From a virus, in the IMG/VR virus record IMGVR_UViG_3300025598_000021: DNA of 64,000 nt, one strand, 5' to 3'. The position numbers and the translations under genes are program-made. Every line of letters starts with the position of its first letter. Position 1 is the stretch's first letter. Shown here one piece after another: positions 1-7,775 of this stretch. The notes under the pieces are model-generated. The model made no database searches and was not told the DNA's origin. It saw nothing but the letters and a program-made list of their open reading frames with translations.

Positions 1-4
1 CCAG

Positions 5-850
5 ATGCTGGACGAGGCTGGTCTAAATTGGACAGTCGAGAAGACCCCGACTTTCGCTCTCGTTAAAGAAGACCTAGTAGAGCTACCTCGCGCCGCTCTA
101 GTTCGCTCCTCTGACTCCAAGATCCTTGACATCGTGTCTGACGACTGGAACCCAGTGCAGAACCTAGAGGCCTTTGAGTTCTTCAACGACTTCATCGCCG
201 CAGGTGAGATGCAGATGCACACGGCCGGTTCTCTCAAGAACGGCCAGATCGTCTGGGCCCTCGCCAAGGTGAACGACTCCTTCGAGCTGTTCAAGGGCGA
301 CAAGATCGACTCCTACCTCCTATTCTCTAACTTCCACAAGTACGGGTTCTCTACAGATGTTCGCTTCACTCCTATCCGCGTTGTATGCAACAACACTCTA
401 TCTCTGTCTCTTAGCTCATCAGTCGAGAGAATGGCAAAGATCTCTCATCGCAAGCAGTTCGACGCGGACAACGTCAAGATCATGCTCGGCGTAGCTAAGG
501 ACAAGCTGGCTCAATACAAGGAGATGGCTCAGTTCCTTGGTGAGAAGATGTACAAGGAGGAGTCACTCGTCGAGTACTTCCAACGCCTGTTCCCTGTTGG
601 TGGATCAAATGAGAATAAGAAAGATCTTTCTCGTAACGCTTCACGTGCACTATCAATTGTTCATGAGCAGCCCGGAGCTGAGTATGCTGAGGGTAGCTGG
701 TGGAGCGCAGTTAATGCAGTTACGTACATGACCGATCATACGATGGGTCGTTCTGCTGATTCTAGATTAACATCGGCTTGGTATGGTACAAATAAAAATT
801 TAAAGCTTAAAGCTTTAGAACTAGCTATGGATTATGCGGCCGCCGCTTAA
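5..850 (+). CDS. DUF932-family phage/plasmid protein (probably 5'-truncated by the window)
   Basis: AGLNWTVEK, PVQNLEAFEFF, HTAGSLKNG, FTPIRVVCNNTL and WWSAVNAVT motifs typical of DUF932; the frame is open to the window edge. Confidence 0.8.
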   Translation: MLDEAGLNWTVEKTPTFALVKEDLVELPRAALVRSSDSKILDIVSDDWNPVQNLEAFEFFNDFIAAGEMQMHTAGSLKNGQIVWALAKVNDSFELFKGDKIDSYLLFSNFHKYGFSTDVRFTPIRVVCNNTLSLSLSSSVERMAKISHRKQFDADNVKIMLGVAKDKLAQYKEMAQFLGEKMYKEESLVEYFQRLFPVGGSNENKKDLSRNASRALSIVHEQPGAEYAEGSWWSAVNAVTYMTDHTMGRSADSRLTSAWYGTNKNLKLKALELAMDYAAAA

Positions 851-1352
851 TTCTACCTCTGACAAAATTGGTGCCAGGGCAGTCTATAGATTTTACTTCT
901 TTGGCACCATTATTCCACCAACCTCTACCAACTACTTTACTACGCCAATTTTCTACTATATCTCTAGATTTAGGACCGGTCTTTAAACCTTTATTCCATA
1001 CCGGATAGTTCTTTTTGGCTTTTGCATAAGCGCCGAGAACAGCATTTCTTTTATTAGCTTCTGCATTATAACCATTTGAACCACCATCACCATTTTCTTC
1101 TGTTAAGTTGGCCCAATCTTTAGATTCTACGACATTCCATAGTTTTGAATAGTGAAGACCTACATCTCTTAATAAGTCTTTATCTTCTGTCTCAAATAGT
1201 ATCTCGGTAGTAACGTCATAACCATGTTTTTTAATATGTAAAGACCATATTTTTCCAGATCCACGATACTTATGAGGATTAGATGATACAGTTTTACCGA
1301 GATATTTTAATCCCGTCTTGTTATGAGTTTTCTTGTAGAGGTAAATAGTCAT
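825..1352 (-). mobile_element. Free-standing GIY-YIG (Seg-like) homing endonuclease
   Basis: N-terminal IYLYKKTHNKTGLKYLGKT...YRGSG, C-terminal PVWNKG/WWNNG NUMOD-like motifs; AT-rich, opposite orientation, own late promoter. Confidence 0.85.
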
Positions 1353-1412
1353 GCTGTGTTCTCCTGTTTGAGCATAGAGTCCATGGGTATTGCAGTACCG
1401 CGATGGATATTA

Positions 1413-1420
1413 TATTTATA
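1413..1420 (-). promoter_or_regulatory. T4-type late promoter for the GIY-YIG gene
   Basis: Exact TATAAATA on the minus strand about 60 nt upstream of the ATG. Confidence 0.75.
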
Positions 1421-1449
1421 TTGACAAACTTTTCTATTTGTAGTATAAT
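1421..1449 (+). promoter_or_regulatory. Sigma70-type early promoter
   Basis: TTGACA-N17-TATAAT perfect consensus, followed by a GGAG SD and ATG. Confidence 0.85.
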
Positions 1450-1473
1450 ATGATATAACAATTGGAGATAATG

Positions 1474-2598
1474 ATGGCTCGTCGCCCTAACTTGATCAAG
1501 AGTAAGCCTAAAGTCGCTCGCACCACTAAGACCGAGCAGCAGGTGATCAACGGTAAGTATCTGGGCGACGAGCCAGTGATGGTCGGTGAGATCAACGTGG
1601 CGCGCGCGCTGACTTGGTACAACTACATGTGCAACTACTCAGACGCGCGCGACTACATCAAGGAGTACTTTAAGAACACCGGCAAGCCTGAGCTCGCTAA
1701 GAAGCTCTCTCGTATATCTGACACGGATATACCTATGACTGCTGCGTGGCTCTGTCGCATGATCAATCGCGGCTACCAGCCTGCCGGCACCACGATGCAG
1801 TTCATCGGTAGTCACTTCACGACCATGTGGTCTAAGGCTAAAGAAGAGATTAAAGAAGAGAAGAGCGACAAGCCTGTAGTATCTATTCAGGATCGCATGA
1901 GAGAGAAGACGCATGACATACTCGGTGAGATCGAGGGGATGATCGACGACTACGTTCATGAGAATCAAGAGTTCTCTCTATACAACTGGCTACAGAGTAA
2001 CAGCATACCGGCTACGTACTCTGCATCTATCATTGCTAAACTGGCACCAGTTCTTGATGAGCTGATCGAGGCGTACGAGGGTAAGGATGAGCAGCTCAAA
2101 GAGGGATATAGAAACTGCAAAAAGAGCGATCTTCAGAAACTTATTAAATTCTACTCTACTATGTGCGATGATGCCGAAAAGTATGCCGGAGTGGCGAAGA
2201 GAACTCGCGCGCCTAGAAAACCGAGAGTCCAGTCGGTCGAGAAGAAACTTAAGTCGTTCAAGTATCAGAAAGAAGACAACGCGTTCAAGATTGCGTCTGT
2301 TAATCCTGAAAAGATCATTGGCGCGCAAGAACTTTGGACGTTCAATACGAAGTACAAGACGATCTCGGTATTTCGCGCGCTTGATCGCGGAGGTCTCGAT
2401 GTTAAGGGGGCTTCGATCGTTAAATTCGATGAGGCATCGTCCTTTACCCTGCGAACTGGTCGCAAGCCGGAAGAAGTGGTCAAGAAAGTCTTGGATGGCG
2501 GAAAAATTATTCTTAGAAAGCTCGATCAAGAACTCAAACGCAATGCGGCGTTACAGTCGCGTATTAATGAAAGCACGATACTACTGAGGGTGATATAA
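1474..2598 (+). CDS. Hypothetical early protein (about 375 aa)
   Basis: Long ORF with SD at 1464-1467 directly behind a consensus promoter; function not recognised. Confidence 0.8.
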   Translation: MARRPNLIKSKPKVARTTKTEQQVINGKYLGDEPVMVGEINVARALTWYNYMCNYSDARDYIKEYFKNTGKPELAKKLSRISDTDIPMTAAWLCRMINRGYQPAGTTMQFIGSHFTTMWSKAKEEIKEEKSDKPVVSIQDRMREKTHDILGEIEGMIDDYVHENQEFSLYNWLQSNSIPATYSASIIAKLAPVLDELIEAYEGKDEQLKEGYRNCKKSDLQKLIKFYSTMCDDAEKYAGVAKRTRAPRKPRVQSVEKKLKSFKYQKEDNAFKIASVNPEKIIGAQELWTFNTKYKTISVFRALDRGGLDVKGASIVKFDEASSFTLRTGRKPEEVVKKVLDGGKIILRKLDQELKRNAALQSRINESTILLRVI

Positions 2599-2843
2599 TG
2601 AACATAGACAGAGAGTTAAAGCTGATAGACGTTTTGGTAAACACGATAATGGTACTTGGAGTCGTAGTCCTGCTCCTAGTTATGTATGGCACGTATGAGG
2701 ACTACAACCGCAAGCTGCAGTTCGACGCGGCGTGCTCAGACGCTGGAGGAATTCCTCTAAAGTATACGTATCACTACGATCGCAAACAGAACAGGATCGA
2801 GTTCACTTGTCTCAGCGTCAACGCTGTGCTCGATGTAGAATAG
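2598..2843 (+). CDS. Small membrane protein
   Basis: Hydrophobic stretch VLVNTIMVLGVVVLLLVMY; two Cys in the soluble part; overlapping stop/start. Confidence 0.7.
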   Translation: MNIDRELKLIDVLVNTIMVLGVVVLLLVMYGTYEDYNRKLQFDAACSDAGGIPLKYTYHYDRKQNRIEFTCLSVNAVLDVE

Positions 2844-2851
2844 GAGAGAAT

Positions 2852-3217
2852 ATGACAAAAGGTCTATACATATATGGCATTCTTGTTGGGGCGATGCTCG
2901 GTCTGACATTCGCGACAGCGCAGGAGTCAAAGCCAGAATACAAGTGCTACCCTAACAAGGAGTTCATGAAGTACATCGAGGACAACCACCTCGTAACCGT
3001 CTATGGTGGCGAGACGACTACCGGTAAGCGACACGAGCTCATGATCTCTAACGATCGTCGAGCGATAACCGTAGAGTACGACAAGACTAAAGACGGCAAC
3101 GCACTCGTGGCTGAGAAGTACTGTGTCACCAACGTGGTGCGCGACGTTACTTTCAACGATTCCGCTATTGAGTTTCTTTCTAAACTTCTAGACAAAGTAA
3201 GAGGACAAAAGGTATGA
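2852..3217 (+). CDS. Secreted/periplasmic hypothetical protein
   Basis: AGGAG SD, signal-peptide-like MTKGLYIYGILVGAMLGLTFATA, Cys pair. Confidence 0.7.
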   Translation: MTKGLYIYGILVGAMLGLTFATAQESKPEYKCYPNKEFMKYIEDNHLVTVYGGETTTGKRHELMISNDRRAITVEYDKTKDGNALVAEKYCVTNVVRDVTFNDSAIEFLSKLLDKVRGQKV

Positions 3218-3483
3218 GCGACGATCTACTCCTAAAGAACTTAAAGGCGTCTGCCGGCATCCCTACGGGGCTCGGTGGAAAGAAAGCAATCACGGACATG
3301 CGCGTCGTTATGTTTCCAAAGATGATGGTGCATCCACAGACTAAAGAGATGGTAATGGTCCCGATGCAGGACTTTCAGTACCAGCGCGAAGGATCAGACG
3401 AGTGGTTCTCAATGCCGATCATGGAAGCTGAGAAGCATGAGTTCAATCCTGAGAACAAGACTAGCACAATCGCCGGAGCGTGA
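3214..3483 (+). CDS. Hypothetical protein
   Basis: ATGA overlap with the upstream gene; phage-like codon usage. Confidence 0.7.
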   Translation: MSDDLLLKNLKASAGIPTGLGGKKAITDMRVVMFPKMMVHPQTKEMVMVPMQDFQYQREGSDEWFSMPIMEAEKHEFNPENKTSTIAGA

Positions 3484-3484
3484 C

Positions 3485-3721
3485 ATGAAGATTACTATCG
3501 ATGTCGGTGATAAGTTTGACGAGATCTATAATTCTATGCTGGTAGAAGACTGGGCTCGCGTTAATGAATCTATTAAAGAGATAGAGAGTAAGGAAGTCAT
3601 TCGTCTGTGTGAGCTAGAAGATCTTCTGTACTACAAGAAAGTCAAAGACGCTTATGCTGTAGTCATTCGCTATTGTCATCCTGCCGATGATGCAGACGAG
3701 ATCCTAGGAGTAGAAGAATGA
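3485..3721 (+). CDS. Hypothetical protein
   Basis: GGAG upstream; packed in the operon. Confidence 0.65.
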   Translation: MKITIDVGDKFDEIYNSMLVEDWARVNESIKEIESKEVIRLCELEDLLYYKKVKDAYAVVIRYCHPADDADEILGVEE

Positions 3722-3834
3722 AGTACGTACTAGTAATAATGGTGTTATCCTTTTGTGGCTTGGCTAGCTGTCAATCTGCAAAGTACGCAGAGTGCGCTAT
3801 ACGGGACAACACTTCAAACCCATGCAACTGGTAG
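3718..3834 (+). CDS. Small putative lipoprotein (38 aa; not in ORF track)
   Basis: MKYVLVIMVLSFCGLASC-QSAKYAECAIRDNTSNPCNW: signal plus LASC lipobox; ATGA overlap. Confidence 0.65.
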   Translation: MKYVLVIMVLSFCGLASCQSAKYAECAIRDNTSNPCNW

Positions 3835-3865
3835 TACTCTACCAGACGAAGAGGTGATAGACAGT

Positions 3866-3873
3866 TATAAATA
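3866..3873 (+). promoter_or_regulatory. T4-type late promoter driving the tmRNA
   Basis: TATAAATA about 5 nt before the predicted tmRNA 5' end. Confidence 0.75.
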
Positions 3874-3877
3874 GAGA

Positions 3878-4155
3878 TTGCCAAGGTCGTTGAGAGACGA
3901 AGAATAAGCATGCAGGACTCGGGGGCGGTACCCGACTGGTCCACCATAAGAACACTCGCATAAAACCGTTCCGGGATACGGAAGCAGGCAAACCGAGTGT
4001 TCTTAATTGGGCCAGAAATAGGATCGACTGATGTAGTAAAGTCGTAAGGAGACTAAAGGCAAACAACAGGTGCAGCAAATGATAATGCTCCATTTGAGAT
4101 TGCTCTAGCAGCATGATCATTGGGTCCGCCAGAACCTAGAAACAGAATCTGGCAA
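3878..4155 (+). ncRNA. ssrA: Circularly permuted two-piece tmRNA (alphaproteobacterial type)
   Basis: Acceptor piece first (T-arm TCGGG-GGCGGTA-CCCGA, CTGGTCC-A-CCA ending 3946), intervening segment 3947-4008, coding piece from GGGCCAG at 4009 (G3:U70 pair); tag ANDNAPFEIALAA* at 4075-4116; TTGCCA/TGGCAA end pairing. Confidence 0.93.
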
Positions 4156-4174
4156 CTAATTCTGGAGAAATCAA

Positions 4175-4321
4175 ATGTCTAAGAAGTTGAGTAAGACACA
4201 GCGTCTTATCATGAAGTTCTATAAGGCTATCATCGATAAGGACGCTAAGAAGGAGCGCAAGCTCTGGCTGAAGATCGTGAAGAAGAGCTTCAAGGGTAAA
4301 GACACTCACGCGATCAAATAA
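4175..4321 (+). CDS. Small basic hypothetical protein (48 aa; not in ORF track)
   Basis: GGAG SD; MSKKLSKTQRLIMKFYKAIIDKDAKKERKLWLKIVKKSFKGKDTHAIK. Confidence 0.65.
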   Translation: MSKKLSKTQRLIMKFYKAIIDKDAKKERKLWLKIVKKSFKGKDTHAIK

Positions 4322-4360
4322 TTGTACAAGACCAGCGGAACGTGATATTATATGTATAAT

Positions 4361-4435
4361 GGTTCCATGGTGAAAGGGATATCATAGGGGTCTTCTAAAC
4401 CTTAGGTCCAGGTTCGAATCCTGGTGGAACCACCA
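4361..4435 (+). tRNA. tRNA-Arg(UCU)
   Basis: Acceptor GGTTCCA/TGGAACC plus ACCA, anticodon loop CT-TCT-AA, T-arm containing GGTTCGAATCC. Confidence 0.92.
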
Positions 4436-4451
4436 TTGAACGTTCAACCTA

Positions 4452-4459
4452 TATAAATA
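4452..4459 (+). promoter_or_regulatory. T4-type late promoter for the HNH gene
   Basis: TATAAATA followed by an AGGAGG SD. Confidence 0.75.
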
Positions 4460-4482
4460 ATAATTTAAGGTAGGAGGTTCAA

Positions 4483-5010
4483 ATGTTTATAGATATAAAC
4501 GAATATATGTTGAAAGATAGAGACGAGAGAAGAAATCATCTTAATCTTGATGATTTATGTATTGAAATAGGTGGAGATTCTAGACTGTTTAGAGGTTTAT
4601 TAGCTCATCATCTTAAAACTACTGTAGGTGATAAAAAAGTTTATGTTTGTCATGCGTGTCATAATCATAAGTGCTCTAATCCAAATCATTTATATTGGGG
4701 AAATCCTACTGATAATTATATAGATCAAATTGAAAATGGGACATATCTTTCAATCTTTGAAAGAACTAAAAATAAATATGGTGAAGAAGAATATAAGAAA
4801 ATGATGAAAGAAGCAGGTAAAAAAGGTGGAAAAGCCGGAGGTGGTCATAATAAGTTAGGCAAAGAGATTATTCAATCTAGAATATATGACTATTTTAAAG
4901 ACCAAAGCACATGGGGTAAAACTGCTAGACTAAGTAAAAAATGGAATTGCAGTCATACACAAGTCAAAAGATTTGTTGATACATATATTAAATCTAATGG
5001 AGTATTATAA
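4483..5010 (+). mobile_element. Free-standing HNH (His-Me finger) homing endonuclease
   Basis: VCHACHNHKCSNPNHLYWGNPTDN motif; strongly AT-rich; sits right after the tRNA. Confidence 0.82.
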
Positions 5011-5741
5011 TGATCGTATATTGGTCTGCATTTACAGACGTATTCAATGAGTCACTAGATACATTTTCCACATCGAGCTGTTGCCCAGAACCAGAGAATA
5101 TCTTCAGTCGCATCTGCGACATGAACTTCATCGGCGAGCAGACAAAGATCAAGTACTGTCCAGCTGTAAAAGACTCCACTAAGAACGCGTACGCACTCAA
5201 GTTCCCATTTGAGTACGAGTTTACGATCGATCGAGAGAGCGAGAAGGTCGGCTCTGAGATGTACGATCAGAAGTTCTTCGACAACTATCTCCATCTTCGA
5301 AGCATCGCCGACGGTATGATTACGGCTAAGATCAGGTATATATTCTTCTGTGAAGAGTCTCTAGAGATCATGACGACGAGCCCGTACTTCGTCAACAACG
5401 ACTTCACGAAGTCGGCTAGACTCATTCCAGGCAGGTTCAACATCGGTAAGTGGTTCAGACCGCTCGAGTGTGCCATGCTTATCGATCCCGCGGCTGAAAG
5501 GGTAAGACTCGCTAAGGACGACGACTACTGCTACGTGAACTTCCTAACTGACGAGAACATCACGCTCAAGAAGTTCGGACTGACTCCTAAGCTGGCTAAG
5601 ATGATGTCAGAGAACGTTCTCCTCAAGGACTTCATCGGCATCAAGTACAGCCGCATGCCTTACTGGTACAAGTACTTTCAGGAGTCTAAGCAGCGAAGCA
5701 CTATTCTGAAAGAGATCAAGAACAACCTTATGGAGGGATGA
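5010..5741 (+). CDS. Hypothetical protein (243 aa)
   Basis: Clear ORF with phage codon usage; KYCPAV and IPGRFNIGKWFRP segments; function not recognised. Confidence 0.75.
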   Translation: MIVYWSAFTDVFNESLDTFSTSSCCPEPENIFSRICDMNFIGEQTKIKYCPAVKDSTKNAYALKFPFEYEFTIDRESEKVGSEMYDQKFFDNYLHLRSIADGMITAKIRYIFFCEESLEIMTTSPYFVNNDFTKSARLIPGRFNIGKWFRPLECAMLIDPAAERVRLAKDDDYCYVNFLTDENITLKKFGLTPKLAKMMSENVLLKDFIGIKYSRMPYWYKYFQESKQRSTILKEIKNNLMEG

Positions 5742-6143
5742 GTGAAGAGACTACTAATCGCTATCGCTATGTTTTCTACTCCCGCTCTAGCCGACGTCGA
5801 GCTGGTCGTCAGCAAGAAGCACCAGTCAATGGAGATCTATCAGGACGGTGAGCTGGTCGACGTGTGGCCTGTTTCCACCGCGCGGAAGGGTTACTACACA
5901 CCCACCGGAACCTACTATCCATACTCCCTTCAACGTATGCACTACTCAAAGAAGTACGACAATGCGCCCATGCCGAATTCAATCTTTTTTAACGGCGGCT
6001 ACGCTATTCACGCTACTCCTCATGTCAGTTACCTGGGTCGTCCAGCAAGTCACGGATGCGTCAGACTCTCCCCAGAAAACGCAGCAACGCTTTATGAACT
6101 AGTAAAAGACAACCGCAACGAAACGACAATCATTATCAAATAG
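5742..6143 (+). CDS. L,D-transpeptidase (YkuD family) with signal peptide
   Basis: WPVSTARKGYYTPTG, YAIHAT...PASHGCVRL catalytic His/Cys motif; signal MKRLLIAIAMFSTPALA. Confidence 0.92.
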   Translation: MKRLLIAIAMFSTPALADVELVVSKKHQSMEIYQDGELVDVWPVSTARKGYYTPTGTYYPYSLQRMHYSKKYDNAPMPNSIFFNGGYAIHATPHVSYLGRPASHGCVRLSPENAATLYELVKDNRNETTIIIK

Positions 6144-6152
6144 GAGCGCTCA

Positions 6153-6266
6153 ATGGGAAAATATGATCACTTCTTCTGGAACAGCGGCGCGATGAACTGG
6201 TTCGCCAGTAAGGTATCATCGCTAAACGCCTGGCTCTGGAGAAAACAATATGGACCGAAAGATTAA
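6153..6266 (+). CDS. Small Trp-rich hypothetical protein (37 aa)
   Basis: AGGAG SD; MGKYDHFFWNSGAMNWFASKVSSLNAWLWRKQYGPKD. Confidence 0.55.
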   Translation: MGKYDHFFWNSGAMNWFASKVSSLNAWLWRKQYGPKD

Positions 6267-6423
6267 TACATCACCATCTATAGCGTGGAACCTGAGATAC
6301 GCTTTTGAGTACGAGGTCAACGGCATTCTACAACTGGACAATACAATACCTGAGAGCGATAAGAAGATCATAGAGTCTTATCTTCGAATGCGCATCAAAG
6401 AACTAAAGGACAAGTACAAGTGA
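6250..6423 (+). CDS. Small hypothetical protein (57 aa)
   Basis: Fills the gap to gp33 with a GTGA overlap; MDRKINTSPSIAWNLRY... Confidence 0.55.
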   Translation: MDRKINTSPSIAWNLRYAFEYEVNGILQLDNTIPESDKKIIESYLRMRIKELKDKYK

Positions 6424-6638
6424 ACGAAGACTTTGCTAATGAGATAGAGGATCTAGTCTGGATGAAGGACATATCCTATACTGAGAGCGTTATAATGTGG
6501 TGTGAGAAGCACCGGTACGAGGTAGAGTCCATCGCCCTCCTGATCAAGAAAGATCCGGTGCTCAAGGCCAAGATCAAGGACGAGGCTGAGATAGCCAATA
6601 TGCTCAAGACCAAGCGAGGGAGCCGCCTTCCAATATAA
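6420..6638 (+). CDS. 33: Late transcription coactivator gp33
   Basis: FANEIEDLV...ISYTESVIMWCE...LKAKIKDEA...RLPI; position before gp59/gp32. Confidence 0.85.
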   Translation: MNEDFANEIEDLVWMKDISYTESVIMWCEKHRYEVESIALLIKKDPVLKAKIKDEAEIANMLKTKRGSRLPI

Positions 6639-6670
6639 ATAAGAGGTATTTTCAAAATACGGAGAGACCA

Positions 6671-7132
6671 ATGTTCGTAGAAATAGTTGGTAGATCTGTG
6701 AAAACACCTCATAATATAGTAGAAAAAGCGGCTACATTCTTTGTCCAATATCTTCTCACCAAGAGACTATCAGAGACCATCAATCTTACCATAGAGTTCG
6801 AGAGGTTCTCTAAGGGCTGTAACGACTACGCGTACTGCGACTACACCGGCGACAACCATCGCCCAAAAGACTTCGTCATAACAATAGATAAGACTCTCAG
6901 TAAGAGAGAGACCCTCATGGCCCTGGCTCATGAGTGCGTACACCTTCGACAGTACGCTACCGGAGAGTTGAAAGACATATTCCGGCCCGTTAGAATGATC
7001 AAGTGGAGAGGAGTGAAGTTCATTGATGGAGAACTGGACTATTGGGATCAGGAGTGGGAGTGGGAAGCCTACGGTCGTGAGAAGGGTTTATACATTAAAT
7101 TTATGGCGAGCTTGAAAGATGAACCCGTATGA
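6671..7132 (+). CDS. Putative zinc metallopeptidase (HExxH)
   Basis: LAHECVHLRQY plus WEWEAY; late promoter TATAAATA at 6634-6641. Confidence 0.7.
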   Translation: MFVEIVGRSVKTPHNIVEKAATFFVQYLLTKRLSETINLTIEFERFSKGCNDYAYCDYTGDNHRPKDFVITIDKTLSKRETLMALAHECVHLRQYATGELKDIFRPVRMIKWRGVKFIDGELDYWDQEWEWEAYGREKGLYIKFMASLKDEPV

Positions 7133-7700
7133 GTGCTACAACGAATATCTTGCTCTAAAGAATCACTTCACAAAACCAGGTTACGACTATCAAAAGTACA
7201 ACGGCAAGCTTCGAACCAAGGTAGACACGTTCCAGAAGAGAAAGGATCGTATCTTCTTTGAGAAGCTTGCCAAGCACGAGGACGTACATAACTTTCTGGT
7301 CGCGAACCTGGCTGAGAACCCTAAGGCGTGGATAAGAGATCTAGCGTACTCTCAGAAGGCTGAGGAGGTATATCAGAAGTGGCGTAAGAGAAACCAGTCT
7401 CTTGGATATATCTTCAAGAACGAAGTCGGCAGGATGATGACCCCGTTCAACGACAACTTTATCCACACAGACGGAGAGCACCCGCACTTTCTTAGAAACT
7501 ACCTGAGCGGTAGAGTCTCGATGGAGACTTTCTGCATCATGCTAGAGCTTACCAACTCTAAGAAGTACTGGGACAAGAAGATGGCGTACGACCCTATATG
7601 GGACGAGATAAGCATGAGAGTGGATAAGTACACGCCGTTTATAAGGTACGACAAGGACAAGTTTAGAAAGATAGTAGTTGACATATATGGAAAAGAGTAG
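7119..7700 (+). CDS. 59: Helicase loader gp59
   Basis: YLALKNHFT..YDYQKYNGK...FQKRKDRIFFEKLAK. Confidence 0.9.
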   Translation: MNPYECYNEYLALKNHFTKPGYDYQKYNGKLRTKVDTFQKRKDRIFFEKLAKHEDVHNFLVANLAENPKAWIRDLAYSQKAEEVYQKWRKRNQSLGYIFKNEVGRMMTPFNDNFIHTDGEHPHFLRNYLSGRVSMETFCIMLELTNSKKYWDKKMAYDPIWDEISMRVDKYTPFIRYDKDKFRKIVVDIYGKE

Positions 7701-7706
7701 TATAAT
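7678..7706 (+). promoter_or_regulatory. Sigma70-type promoter for gene 32
   Basis: TTGACA(7678)-N17-TATAAT(7701). Confidence 0.8.
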
Positions 7707-7775
7707 AAATAATATCGGGCGACACAAATGCCCTTTATACATCGCAACATACATCGCACATACAAGGAGATACAT

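Noticed and set aside
3839-4120. 93 aa minus-strand ORF
   Set aside because: Antisense to the well-supported tmRNA
4322-4360. Sigma70 promoter for the tRNA (TTGTAC...TATTAT or TATAAT)
   Set aside because: Spacing is off-consensus and the perfect TATAAT abuts the tRNA 5' end; too uncertain to call
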